Below are positions 7,050-16,579 of a stretch of DNA of 32,000 nucleotides, piece after piece; the first letter of the stretch is position 1, and each line of letters opens with the position of its first letter. Position numbers and translations under genes: made by a program. Below the pieces are notes generated by a model that had not been told where the DNA came from, ran no database searches, and worked only from the letters and a program-made list of their open reading frames with translations. This stretch comes from Ignicoccus pacificus DSM 13166. Lineage in GTDB: Archaea > Thermoproteota > Thermoprotei_A > Sulfolobales > Ignicoccaceae. Where the stretch lies: positions 660,001 through 692,000 of the forward strand of contig CP006868.1 in NCBI GenBank assembly GCA_025340205.1, read 5' to 3'.

Positions 7050-10000
7050 CATCTGTGAAGAAGTATACCGCCCCAGCGATAATAGCGATTGCACTGATCT
7101 TTGCAATAATAGCGTCGAGAGCAACCATAACTAAGACTTCTTCGATATCGATGATACTGTCACCAAACGCCGAATCCATGAAGGTAAGCTTACTAACAAA
7201 GTCATCCAAGACTACCCTTTCATCAAACGCTGTACTCATAATCGAAACAAAGGAGAAGTACTCCGCATTATCACCAAAGTTCTATAGAGAACTTCATGGC
7301 GCTATCTACAAGTACGGCTTGAACGTCTCTATGGATTACTACACTCTCAGGTCGAAGATCGAGAATAGTATATTGAAAGGAATATTCAACTACACTAAGA
7401 CCTATTACCCCTACATATCCTACTTGAAGAGCTTAGTAAATCAGCTCGATGCTGTATCATTCTACGTGATAGGTGCTCTGGAAAGCGCTTGGAAGCTTAA
7501 GCTCTTCTTAGTTAACCTTCCTAAGTTTTACCATCAGAACTACCAACGGTCCTTGGAATTCGTGAAGGCTGTTAACCATTTTGAAAAGAAATTCTATTAC
7601 ATGGAATTAAACGCTTCCGAAAACTTGGTATATGCGGAGTACAACGTGACCCAGCTGTTATATGAGATAAAAAGGGCCTATGAACTGTTCATTGCTGTTA
7701 ATAAAGCATTCAGCAACTTAACTATGTTATTCAAGAAGGCCCTCTACTTAGAGTGCTCTAATGGAACTCTTTCGATAAGGTTCATCAGTAACTATCTGGA
7801 AGAACATAGCAAAGGCTTAGCCAACTCCATGGCCCCAGTCTTCTCTGGGGCGGTGTTCGACACGGCCCTCGTGTGGCCAGGTAACTTAACCTCTATATGC
7901 AAGAAAAAGGAGCAATTCAACTACTTCGTTATGCAAGTTCTAGCGCGCTTCATCTCGATAGCACCCAATCAGATGCAAGATCTGCTTTCCCACAAGTATC
8001 TGCTACCCAAAGAGACCGTTAGAGCTCTCAGCACCTTAGCCTTGAGTATAGGTCCAAACGCTACAAGAGATATAATAAACTCAGCGCTCTCGGAGGCATT
8101 GAGAGTCATTTTCAATCTTGATACAAAAACTACTACCTTAGCGTTAAAGGCGATAAACGGCGACCGCGAGGCGTTCGCTTCCCTTGTAATACTATTCAGC
8201 GGGATATCAGATCCTTGTTTGACCAAGGTAGCTTACGAGAGCCTAATTACCAACACTTCCTTCACCTTTAACGTCAATGAATGTGAATTACAAAAGCTGA
8301 GGAATCTGGCTGAAAGATACGCTCCCAAGCCATACGACCCTTCCGTGTTAGAAGCGGCTATGGCATATGGGAGCCTCAACGGTCAATGGGCAAAGTATCT
8401 CACTTTCTACACAACTTACATGACTTTACTCTCCAAATCCATTCCTCCACAGATAGCCTACTCTATTGCTTCTACGGGAGAGGTAAAGAACCTCACAAAA
8501 GTACTATATATATACTTGAATAATAGTGGAACTTTGTACGCCAAGGAAATAGCAATAGCTACCGCTACTTCGAAGGACTTTGAACATGCCAGGAGGAAGG
8601 CCTTACTGCTCGTCTTCAGCAAGTTTGCCAAAGAAATGGTGTCGGGAGGCCTCAGCCCTGAAGCGGTCTCTGTGTTGCTTAATTACTTGTTAGCCTGGAG
8701 TCCTGGCTTAACTAACGAGATGATTAACGAAATTGTCTACAAGACTGCGTTGATAGAACTTCAGCAGAAGGCTTCCCAAAATCCCTTCTTACCCCTAATC
8801 AATAAGGTAATAGATCTTAATTCATTTATCAAGAAGGTAGTATGGTGTAACTCACTCAAATGTGCACTAGAGGTATCGAAGGAATATGGCATAATTGCGT
8901 CTAACAATTTCATGGAAAAATACGTTACTCTAGATGTTTTAGTTGGTAAAGACGGTAAACACCTTATAGTAATGTTATCTGGCGACGTCACATATCCTAA
9001 GGTTCTCTCGATATCATCAGAATTGAAGAAGCTGAGAGAGGTCAAGTCCGTTAGCTATACGGGTAGAAGTCTTCTTAACACCGATATACAGAGAAGCGTT
9101 ACCAAGAGCTTGGATGAAATAAACAAGATAGCTACCATATTCGTCTTAATAGCACTCCTCTTCAGCACGAGGAGCTTGAAACTCTCCATAATTCCCGTAA
9201 TAATAATATATATCGTATTACAATACTACAAAGTCTTAGTACTCTTAGTATCAAATTTAATTAAGGTTTATCCATCTAGCATAGATCTCATCGTAGCTAC
9301 TGCAACTATCTTGGGTATGGGAATAGATTACTCCCTGTACGCCGCTCACAAGTACTCGGTTGAAAGATCTATCAAGAAAGCGCTAAGACCTGTCTTGTTA
9401 GCATCTTCGATGGCATCGACGGGATTCATAATATTCGGCCTACTTTCCGTAATTCTACTCCCAAGCTTGGCAACCTTAGGTCTCTTCATCCCTCTTGCGA
9501 TAATGTTCACAGCAACAGTAGGACCTTTGCTCACTTTCACAATAGTAGACTTGATAAAGATTCAAGAGGAAGAAGAGGTAAGGAAGATACCGTTCTTAAC
9601 TGCAGTATCGATAGATTTCCCCAAGCTAACTATATTCACGGTGTTGATTCTGGCTGCTATCTCGCTATACGTCATAAGGGTAGCCCCACCCGGCTATGAC
9701 CTCTTCCTCTTCCTTCCATCGAATGCTCCCTCCGCCCAAGGCCTCAAGGTACTTCAAGACTACTCCAGTCCCGGAATTACCGGACCAACTGTAGTGTTGC
9801 TCAAGCTCAAACAGAACGCCAGCCTAGTTGAGGCGGGCAAGCAAGTTGAGTCGCTCATCCAGTACTTCCTCGAAGGCGGATACTTCGATCACGCCTTCAC
9901 CTTCACAAGGCCTTTGGGTAAATTCATATCGTACAACCCTGAGGTTCTAAAGGTCGTCGGCGGCTTTAACTACATTCAAGGGAATTACATCAAGTTATAC

Positions 10001-10690
10001 TTGCTCCCACATTACCCTCCGGACAGCAATAAGATGATTGAGTACATCAAGTTCATGAGGCAATTCATTCATGAATGGCTCAAGAAGAGGGGGAAGGCGT
10101 TTGACGAAGCCCTAGTAGGCGGCGAGAGCGCTATGAATTACGACCTCTCAACGATAACTAATACGATAATACTCAACTACATACTACCATCAATGATACT
10201 CATAATGGCTGCCGTACTGACCTTGGCATTCCAGAGGCCGGAGTTCGTCGTGTCGGCTCTCTTCGGAACTATTCTCCCAATGATAGTGGCCTTAGGCGCA
10301 GCTGACGTGGTCTTCAAGGTAATCTTTCACTTGCCACTGCTATGGGTAGTGGCGCCGCTACTCGTCACGACCGTGCTAAGCGTCGGTAGCGATTACTTAG
10401 TATTCTACTTGTTCGGAATTAAGGAGAGTTTCGAGGAGTGCAAGTTAGTGATAGATGGCGAGTGCTTGGAAAAGCTTTCCGTACTACTTTACAGCTCAGC
10501 GAAGCTCTCAAAGCTGATAATGGGATTCGCCACCACCTTCGCCGTGGCTTACTTCGCCTTGCTCGTTTCCAACATATGGGCACTGAAGCAGATAGGTTTG
10601 GCATTAGGCCTTTCAGCGCTACTATTGCTCATATCCATAGCATACACCTTAGTACCCGCCGTACTGTCACTAGCGTACAGGAGGCGATGA
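7046..10690 (+). CDS. MMPL/RND superfamily membrane protein with large extracytoplasmic domain
   Basis: Two TM bundles, each with RND/MMPL-like features (GMGIDYSLYAAHKYSVERSIKKALRPVLLASSMASTGF and SVGSDYLVFYLFGIKESFEEC...), and a long N-terminal extracytoplasmic region after TM1. Confidence 0.85.
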   Translation: MTSVKKYTAPAIIAIALIFAIIASRATITKTSSISMILSPNAESMKVSLLTKSSKTTLSSNAVLIIETKEKYSALSPKFYRELHGAIYKYGLNVSMDYYTLRSKIENSILKGIFNYTKTYYPYISYLKSLVNQLDAVSFYVIGALESAWKLKLFLVNLPKFYHQNYQRSLEFVKAVNHFEKKFYYMELNASENLVYAEYNVTQLLYEIKRAYELFIAVNKAFSNLTMLFKKALYLECSNGTLSIRFISNYLEEHSKGLANSMAPVFSGAVFDTALVWPGNLTSICKKKEQFNYFVMQVLARFISIAPNQMQDLLSHKYLLPKETVRALSTLALSIGPNATRDIINSALSEALRVIFNLDTKTTTLALKAINGDREAFASLVILFSGISDPCLTKVAYESLITNTSFTFNVNECELQKLRNLAERYAPKPYDPSVLEAAMAYGSLNGQWAKYLTFYTTYMTLLSKSIPPQIAYSIASTGEVKNLTKVLYIYLNNSGTLYAKEIAIATATSKDFEHARRKALLLVFSKFAKEMVSGGLSPEAVSVLLNYLLAWSPGLTNEMINEIVYKTALIELQQKASQNPFLPLINKVIDLNSFIKKVVWCNSLKCALEVSKEYGIIASNNFMEKYVTLDVLVGKDGKHLIVMLSGDVTYPKVLSISSELKKLREVKSVSYTGRSLLNTDIQRSVTKSLDEINKIATIFVLIALLFSTRSLKLSIIPVIIIYIVLQYYKVLVLLVSNLIKVYPSSIDLIVATATILGMGIDYSLYAAHKYSVERSIKKALRPVLLASSMASTGFIIFGLLSVILLPSLATLGLFIPLAIMFTATVGPLLTFTIVDLIKIQEEEEVRKIPFLTAVSIDFPKLTIFTVLILAAISLYVIRVAPPGYDLFLFLPSNAPSAQGLKVLQDYSSPGITGPTVVLLKLKQNASLVEAGKQVESLIQYFLEGGYFDHAFTFTRPLGKFISYNPEVLKVVGGFNYIQGNYIKLYLLPHYPPDSNKMIEYIKFMRQFIHEWLKKRGKAFDEALVGGESAMNYDLSTITNTIILNYILPSMILIMAAVLTLAFQRPEFVVSALFGTILPMIVALGAADVVFKVIFHLPLLWVVAPLLVTTVLSVGSDYLVFYLFGIKESFEECKLVIDGECLEKLSVLLYSSAKLSKLIMGFATTFAVAYFALLVSNIWALKQIGLALGLSALLLLISIAYTLVPAVLSLAYRRR

Positions 10691-10712
10691 GAGCCGCGTC
10701 GGAAGCTGAGCG

Positions 10713-11870
10713 GTGATGGTATTGGCTACATTTCGAGCCACTCTGAGAGCCCTCTACGTCTACTCCGCCATAATAGCAGTAGCGGGGAGCGTCCTCTATT
10801 CCGTCTTCGCACCTTATGCTAAGTCGGTGGGCATTGGTCCCTTCGAATACGGGATACTAACCGCCATCTTGACGCTTGTCGGCATGCTCTCAGCTCCCAT
10901 TTGGGGCTACCTCTCAGACAAGGTGGACCCGAGACTGCTCTTGGCAATAGCTTCCTTCACTGGCTCTTCCATTTTCCTCTTTCTGTTGATTAAAGCGAAG
11001 TGGGCTTATTACATGGCTGCGATGATGGCCGGAGTAACTGTCGGAAGCTCGGCTGTTTCCCAAGGACTAGTTGGAAAATTAGCTGAAGATAAAGATAAGG
11101 GCTTCGCCTATCTTCAGTTCTCTAACTTAATAGGAGGGGCTTTGGGGGCGCTCCTGGTCCTCACCGGCCTTTTCTCTAATTATAACCAAGCCTTCGCCTT
11201 TGGAGCGATGGTGATGATTTTCTCTTTGGCACCTTTAGCATTCATGAAGAGAGTCTCATTTAAGGTATCGATGCCCAAGCTCTCAGAACTTAAGGCTCTC
11301 CCTAGAGCAGTTTACTATATCTTCGCGTTTCAGCTGATCCTAGCGATAGGCGCAGCCGCTGGGGTTTGGATGATTGATTATTACTTCGTAAAGAAGTATA
11401 ACGTGGGAATGAGGTCAGTGGGCCTCTATGTTTTCCTCAGACAGACGAGCATTGCCTTGATGACTCTCCTTGTTCCGGATTTGAGTAAGAGAGAAGGAAG
11501 GCTTAAGGCCTATTTCTTGTTAGCTATACCGGCTACGGTACTTACGTTCATGGTTACGCTGGTCAACGACTTCTACTTAGCTTTGGCTCTAATAATAGCT
11601 AGGGGGGCTCTGATAAACGCCGGGAATCCGATAATAGATGCCATCTTGGCTGACTTCACTCCAAAGGAAATAATGGGAACGGTCATGGGTATACTTACTA
11701 CTTTGAATGCAATGGGAGCCACCTTAGGTAGGTTAATAGGCGGCTACTTAATGGAGATAGACGTGGAGTTACCCTTGCGATTTACTGCCCTGATGTACGC
11801 CTTAGGCATAGGTGAACTTGGTCTTACCATTGGTAGGAGATCTAAAGCTAGAACCTCCGAAGTAAGATGA
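10713..11870 (+). CDS. MFS family transporter
   Basis: 385 aa with about 12 hydrophobic segments; GYLSDKVDPRLLLAIA matches the MFS loop 2-3 motif. Confidence 0.85.
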   Translation: MMVLATFRATLRALYVYSAIIAVAGSVLYSVFAPYAKSVGIGPFEYGILTAILTLVGMLSAPIWGYLSDKVDPRLLLAIASFTGSSIFLFLLIKAKWAYYMAAMMAGVTVGSSAVSQGLVGKLAEDKDKGFAYLQFSNLIGGALGALLVLTGLFSNYNQAFAFGAMVMIFSLAPLAFMKRVSFKVSMPKLSELKALPRAVYYIFAFQLILAIGAAAGVWMIDYYFVKKYNVGMRSVGLYVFLRQTSIALMTLLVPDLSKREGRLKAYFLLAIPATVLTFMVTLVNDFYLALALIIARGALINAGNPIIDAILADFTPKEIMGTVMGILTTLNAMGATLGRLIGGYLMEIDVELPLRFTALMYALGIGELGLTIGRRSKARTSEVR

Positions 11871-11882
11871 GGTGGAAGAAGG

Positions 11883-12068
11883 ATGCGCCTATGTCCCTTC
11901 ACGATAGCGTTCTTCGTGGTATTGAGTGCTGCTGAATCCTTGTACTTGTTCATATCCGTAGTGACCGGAAACTGGACGGGAGCTATCAACTCCTTGGGGG
12001 CGTTCTTCGTATTGATGTTGCTAACTTACTTGGTATCAGCTGTCTTAGCGCAGATGAACGTCTGCTAG
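11883..12068 (+). CDS. Small two-TM hypothetical membrane protein
   Basis: 61 aa with two hydrophobic stretches. Located directly after the MFS gene and abutting the convergent gene. Confidence 0.4.
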   Translation: MRLCPFTIAFFVVLSAAESLYLFISVVTGNWTGAINSLGAFFVLMLLTYLVSAVLAQMNVC

Positions 12069-13166
12069 CTACTTAGCAAAGAGTATGAAGTCCGGTGGAG
12101 ATGACTTCCCTGATAGGTACAGCTTGTAATCCGGATTAGCGTTCAATATGATCTCAGGGAGGACCAGCAAGTCGTCCCACTTATGATAGGCGGCGAAGGC
12201 TAAGGTAGGTCTATACTCTTGCAAGACCTTCGAGAACGCCTTTAGGGCATATCTCTCATAGCCCTCTATATCAGATTTGATGAATATCTTATTTTTATTG
12301 AATTTTATTCCTAAGTTACTGAGGTCTACATCTTCCGAGATGAACTTATCTATTATTTTCCATGAAACGCGTTTCCTCCTTAGAAAGCTAGCCATTCTGT
12401 CTTCCCTCTCCAGATTCTCTTTTAATAGTTTCTTCACGTTTCCTGGTTCTATTGCATAGACGTCAACGTCCGATGCCTCTATAGCATACCACGCAATGGT
12501 CTCACCGGCATAAGCTCCGAGATCGATGAATATGCTATCGTTCTGTGGTCCAATATTATGTAAGTCGTCTTGATAGTTCCTAGCTATTAGACTTTCTGCA
12601 AGGAAAAACGGAAAAGTTTCAATGGTAAACAACCCTTTCACGTTAATTAGCTCAGTGAACTCATACGATCCCTCTCCCAGATATTGTAGACCATACTTGT
12701 TGAACACTTTGTCTAAGTTAGTATAGGCAAAGTTGTAACATTTCAAATTTAGCTTATAACAAGGTGATAGAGGGTAGACGGATTCTATGAACGCCATCTT
12801 GATATACTCAACAAAGAAACGCTTACTCGCTGCGTCATCGAACCTCTCGCAACCTTCAACCCACCTCTTCGGATCATCCCTTATACTCTTCCACGTCCTC
12901 CAAGCTCTGGCTGTTCCGAGAAGTTGTAGGGCTTGTTTAACTCCGAAACCCTTCGTTCTCCTCCACATAGCTTCCACTACATTTCTTTTCAGAACTATTA
13001 CTCCACCTAACTTCCTCAACACTCTGTTCAATAGACTGCCAGAGGGTTTCCTCCTAATGTTAGCTTCCGGGCTACCCATCATTATCTCTTCTGCAAACTC
13101 TGAGAGTTCCACTAGCAAGTTCATTAGTGTATCCTCAAAATTCTCTATTTCGGAGCAATGTGACAT
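12069..13166 (-). CDS. FkbM family methyltransferase
   Basis: FIDLGAYAGETIAWYAIEASDVDVYAIEPGNVKKLLKENL (SAM-binding) and FIKSDIEGYERYALKAF match the FkbM signature. Confidence 0.85.
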   Translation of the reverse strand: MSHCSEIENFEDTLMNLLVELSEFAEEIMMGSPEANIRRKPSGSLLNRVLRKLGGVIVLKRNVVEAMWRRTKGFGVKQALQLLGTARAWRTWKSIRDDPKRWVEGCERFDDAASKRFFVEYIKMAFIESVYPLSPCYKLNLKCYNFAYTNLDKVFNKYGLQYLGEGSYEFTELINVKGLFTIETFPFFLAESLIARNYQDDLHNIGPQNDSIFIDLGAYAGETIAWYAIEASDVDVYAIEPGNVKKLLKENLEREDRMASFLRRKRVSWKIIDKFISEDVDLSNLGIKFNKNKIFIKSDIEGYERYALKAFSKVLQEYRPTLAFAAYHKWDDLLVLPEIILNANPDYKLYLSGKSSPPDFILFAK

Positions 13167-13224
13167 GTCTGACCCTGAGATTGAGAATACTCCAAAGTCT
13201 AAATCTGCATCCGATACTCTAGTG

Positions 13225-13240
13225 TTATTTTATATAGCAT
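13225..13240. promoter_or_regulatory. Shared AT-rich core promoter element between divergent FkbM and carbamoyltransferase genes
   Basis: ttattttatatagcat contains TATA-like sequence readable on both strands (tttatata on +, ctatataaaat on -). Confidence 0.45.
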
Positions 13241-13285
13241 AGCGTTTTACGCCGAGAAATCAGTCAAAACAGGGGTTCTGAGAAA

Positions 13286-15454
13286 ATGATAGCATTAGGC
13301 ATAACAGCACCACTAGGTCACGATTTAACGCTTGCCGTCGTCCTTGACGGAGAACTAAAGCTCGCTGTTGAGCTAGAGAGATTGTCTAGGTTTAAACATA
13401 ACTATCCTAAACTAAGATCTCTTACCACACAAGGCAACTATGCTGAAGTCCGAAGGACTGAAATGTACTCATTAGTTATCGGATTACGCAAAGTTGATAA
13501 ATACCTTAACAAAAAATATGGTGTTAGACTTTACGACGCAGATGTTATTGCAATTCACGCCGACCCAAAAGTCTTAGATTCTCATCGCTCTGATATACTA
13601 TCATATTGTAACTCACTTTCACCAGATGATTTTAAATACGTTAAATACGTTCATCTACCTCCTAACGCGCTTTCGTTAATACACCTCTTGGAAGATTATT
13701 GGAGACTTACTGATCTAATGCATGAATCGAGAATAATTCAAGACGTCGGTAGAGTTGAGCGAGAGTTCGAGAAATTAGAAAAGTTGGATAGCATCTCTAC
13801 TGTAATACGCAGAAACTCTGTGCTACCAATGTTAGATCTCGTAAAGAGTATTTGGTCTTATATCATGTTGTCGCCATCAGTACCGCTAAGTCTCAAGCTC
13901 AAAATTAGAAAAGCCTTGAAGGAGGAAGACGTGCGCTTAATGCATGAAATCTCGAGAATCATGAAGAACATTTACAGTTCATATAAGAAGGCTATTTCAA
14001 AAAAAGATTGCACATCTCTGATCCACCTCAATACAATCTCCTTAACCTACCACGCTGCTGATATTATAAGAGTAGCATGGAAGTTAGCATTTAACCGAGA
14101 ACCACCAAGATTCGTATTTGTATCACACCATCTGACGCATGCAGCGTCAGCGTACTATACTTCCGGCATGAATAAGGCCGTGGGAGTGGTAATAGACTCC
14201 AGAGGCGAATGGGAGTCTACTTCGATATGGAGCATAAAAGATGGGGAGTTCGAGAGAATAGCTTCGTTATCACATCCGAAATATAGTTTGGGCATATTCT
14301 ATCAAGAATCTGGCGAGTGGATAGGTTACGGCGGATTAGAGGGGCCAGCCAAGATAATGGGTCTGGCTCCCTACGGTAAACCCAACGAGAAGTTTACTAA
14401 TGTAATAAACGAGCTCCTAAAGGTTTTCGACGAACCGAAGGATGTTCCTTATAGAATTGAAAAGGTGAAGTCCTCGGTTGCTGTCTTAGATTACTTGAAG
14501 TCCGTCTTGGGAGAACCTATAAAGTGGGATAAAAATGGGAAACCATTGAATAGAGATGCTACCGACTTCGCGTGGGCTTTACAACATAGAGTAGAAGAGG
14601 CTTACTTAGCTACCATGCGCTGGGCCAAGGAGTTAACGGGTCTCAAAGAGGCAGTGATCGCTGGAGGCGTCGCGCTGAACGCTAAAGCCAATATGGAGCT
14701 CTTATATTCTGATATATTCAACGACTTCTTCGTGTTTCCAGCTGCCAACGACGCTGGAACTGCCGTGGGAGCTGCATTATGGGCATACGAGCACGTCCTT
14801 GGAGGTAAGGTAAAGAACGTCAAAATAGAGAACGTGTTTTGGGGACTTGAGCACGACGAGGAGGACATAGAAGAAGCTCTAAATCTTGCTAAGAGGATGA
14901 ATTATCGCATAGAAAAGGATGTAGACATAGAACACCTAGTCGATAAATTACTAAAGAATGAACTCGTAGTAGTGTATCAAGGAAGGGCGGAGTTCGGACC
15001 TAGGGCACTAGGTCATAGAAGCATAGTTGCTGATCCAAGAATTGCGGAGAACTGGGAAAGGGTGAACTTCCACAAAGGAAGGGAATGGTGGAGACCCTTA
15101 GCCCCCTCGTTGCTACTCGACCATGCTAAAGAGTACTTTATCAAAGGCGAACATCTCCCCTTCATGATAGTCATGGAAAGATACAAGGACGAAGAGGTTT
15201 GTAAGAGAGTGCCCGTGGTTTGTCATGTGGACAGAACAGCTAGACCTCAAACGGTGACTACTTCGATCGACAGAAACTGGTACAACCTGATTAGAGCGTT
15301 CGGACAAGAAACCGGTGAGTACATAGTAATGAACACTAGCTTCAATCTAGGAGGAGAGCCGCTCGTAGAGACGCCGGCTCAAGCAGTGCTTAGCTTCACC
15401 TTCGGAGGCTTTGACGCCTTGTGGTTAGAGGGTTACTTGATCTCGAGGAGGTGA
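13286..15454 (+). CDS. Carbamoyltransferase (NodU/CmcH family)
   Basis: ERLSRFKHNYP, VSHHLTHAASAYYTSG, GLEGPAKIMGLAPYG, VYQGRAEFGPRALGHRSIVADPR and NTSFNLGGEPLVETP are NodU/CmcH hallmarks. Confidence 0.95.
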   Translation: MIALGITAPLGHDLTLAVVLDGELKLAVELERLSRFKHNYPKLRSLTTQGNYAEVRRTEMYSLVIGLRKVDKYLNKKYGVRLYDADVIAIHADPKVLDSHRSDILSYCNSLSPDDFKYVKYVHLPPNALSLIHLLEDYWRLTDLMHESRIIQDVGRVEREFEKLEKLDSISTVIRRNSVLPMLDLVKSIWSYIMLSPSVPLSLKLKIRKALKEEDVRLMHEISRIMKNIYSSYKKAISKKDCTSLIHLNTISLTYHAADIIRVAWKLAFNREPPRFVFVSHHLTHAASAYYTSGMNKAVGVVIDSRGEWESTSIWSIKDGEFERIASLSHPKYSLGIFYQESGEWIGYGGLEGPAKIMGLAPYGKPNEKFTNVINELLKVFDEPKDVPYRIEKVKSSVAVLDYLKSVLGEPIKWDKNGKPLNRDATDFAWALQHRVEEAYLATMRWAKELTGLKEAVIAGGVALNAKANMELLYSDIFNDFFVFPAANDAGTAVGAALWAYEHVLGGKVKNVKIENVFWGLEHDEEDIEEALNLAKRMNYRIEKDVDIEHLVDKLLKNELVVVYQGRAEFGPRALGHRSIVADPRIAENWERVNFHKGREWWRPLAPSLLLDHAKEYFIKGEHLPFMIVMERYKDEEVCKRVPVVCHVDRTARPQTVTTSIDRNWYNLIRAFGQETGEYIVMNTSFNLGGEPLVETPAQAVLSFTFGGFDALWLEGYLISRR

Positions 15455-15474
15455 AGAAAACTAAAGAAATTTCG

Positions 15475-16464
15475 TTACTCTTCGAGGCCCATCATCTTCC
15501 TTAGCTCCTTCCCAACCTTCTCAGCGGGATGGTTCTTCACCTTTTCCATAAGCTCGTTGAGGGTCGGCATACCCTTCTTGTACTCCTCTACCCATTCCTT
15601 GGCGAACTCTCCGTTAAGTACCCTTTCAGAGGCCTTCTTCATGTTCTCCTTAACGTGCTCATCTATTACCTTAGGTCCGACGGTCAGTCCTCCGTACTTG
15701 GCAGTGTCACTAACCCTCTTGAGCATTCCGTAGAATCCATACTGCCATATCAAATCCATAATCAACTTAGCCTCGTTTATGGCCTCGAAGTAGGCAACCT
15801 CTGGCTGGTAGCCTAACTCTACTAGGTTCTCGAATCCCTTTAGGAGTAGCTCCATCAGACCTCCTACTAGAACTGTCTGCTCACCTATTAGGTCGGTCTC
15901 GGTCTCCTCCTTGAAGGTGGTCTTTATCACTCCGGCTCTGGTGCATCCGATTGCCTTGGCTATAGCTAGGACTAGGTCCCAAGCCTTTCCAGTTGCGTCT
16001 TGGTGAACGGCCACCAGAGCTGGAACACCTCTTCCTTGCTCATAAGCCTCTCTGACCTTGGGGCCGGGACTCTTGGGGGCCACCATAACCACATCAACGT
16101 ACTTAGGAGGCTTGATCAAGCCGAAATGTATGTTAAATCCATGAGCGAAGACTAGAGCGTCACCCTCTTTCAAGTTGGGTTCGATGTACTTCTCGTAAAT
16201 CTCCGGCTGAGCCATGTCTGGTATTAGCATTATTATTACGTCGGCTTCCTTAGCGGCCTCGGGAATGGGCTTAGGTTTGAAGCCGTCTTGCTCAGCCAGC
16301 TTCCAGCTCTTGCCCTCGGGTCTGAGACCCACAACCACGTCTATTCCGGAATCCCTCATGTTGAGGGCCCATGCTCTTCCTTGAGATCCATATCCTATTA
16401 CAGCTACCTTCCTGCCCTTTAGAGGCTCGAGGGAAACCTCATCGTCCTTCCATATCTGTGCCAC
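15475..16464 (-). CDS. ilvC: Ketol-acid reductoisomerase
   Basis: [38 protein letters not shown]-type region, [28 protein letters not shown], and [24 protein letters not shown]. Confidence 0.97.
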   Translation of the reverse strand: MAQIWKDDEVSLEPLKGRKVAVIGYGSQGRAWALNMRDSGIDVVVGLRPEGKSWKLAEQDGFKPKPIPEAAKEADVIIMLIPDMAQPEIYEKYIEPNLKEGDALVFAHGFNIHFGLIKPPKYVDVVMVAPKSPGPKVREAYEQGRGVPALVAVHQDATGKAWDLVLAIAKAIGCTRAGVIKTTFKEETETDLIGEQTVLVGGLMELLLKGFENLVELGYQPEVAYFEAINEAKLIMDLIWQYGFYGMLKRVSDTAKYGGLTVGPKVIDEHVKENMKKASERVLNGEFAKEWVEEYKKGMPTLNELMEKVKNHPAEKVGKELRKMMGLEE

Positions 16465-16494
16465 GCGTGAACACCGCTAGGAGGAGTTTAGGGG

Positions 16495-16503
16495 AGTATA
16501 TAT
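16495..16503 (-). promoter_or_regulatory. TATA box of ilvC
   Basis: agtatatat; atatatact on the minus strand about 30-35 nt upstream of the ilvC start. Confidence 0.55.
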
Positions 16504-16535
16504 TCGACTGTTTCCTCGAAGCACCACAGCTAAAA

Positions 16536-16543
16536 CTTATATA
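16536..16543 (+). promoter_or_regulatory. TATA box of thermosome gene
   Basis: taaaacttatatag (BRE/TATA-like) about 40 nt upstream of the ATG. Confidence 0.6.
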
Positions 16544-16579
16544 GAAGCGTTGAGCACCGCTTCATGGTGGGTGAGCACG

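Noticed and set aside
10438-10716. Plus ORF of 92 aa and minus ORF 10419..10604
   Set aside because: Both lie inside the well-supported MMPL coding sequence in other frames and lack family features.
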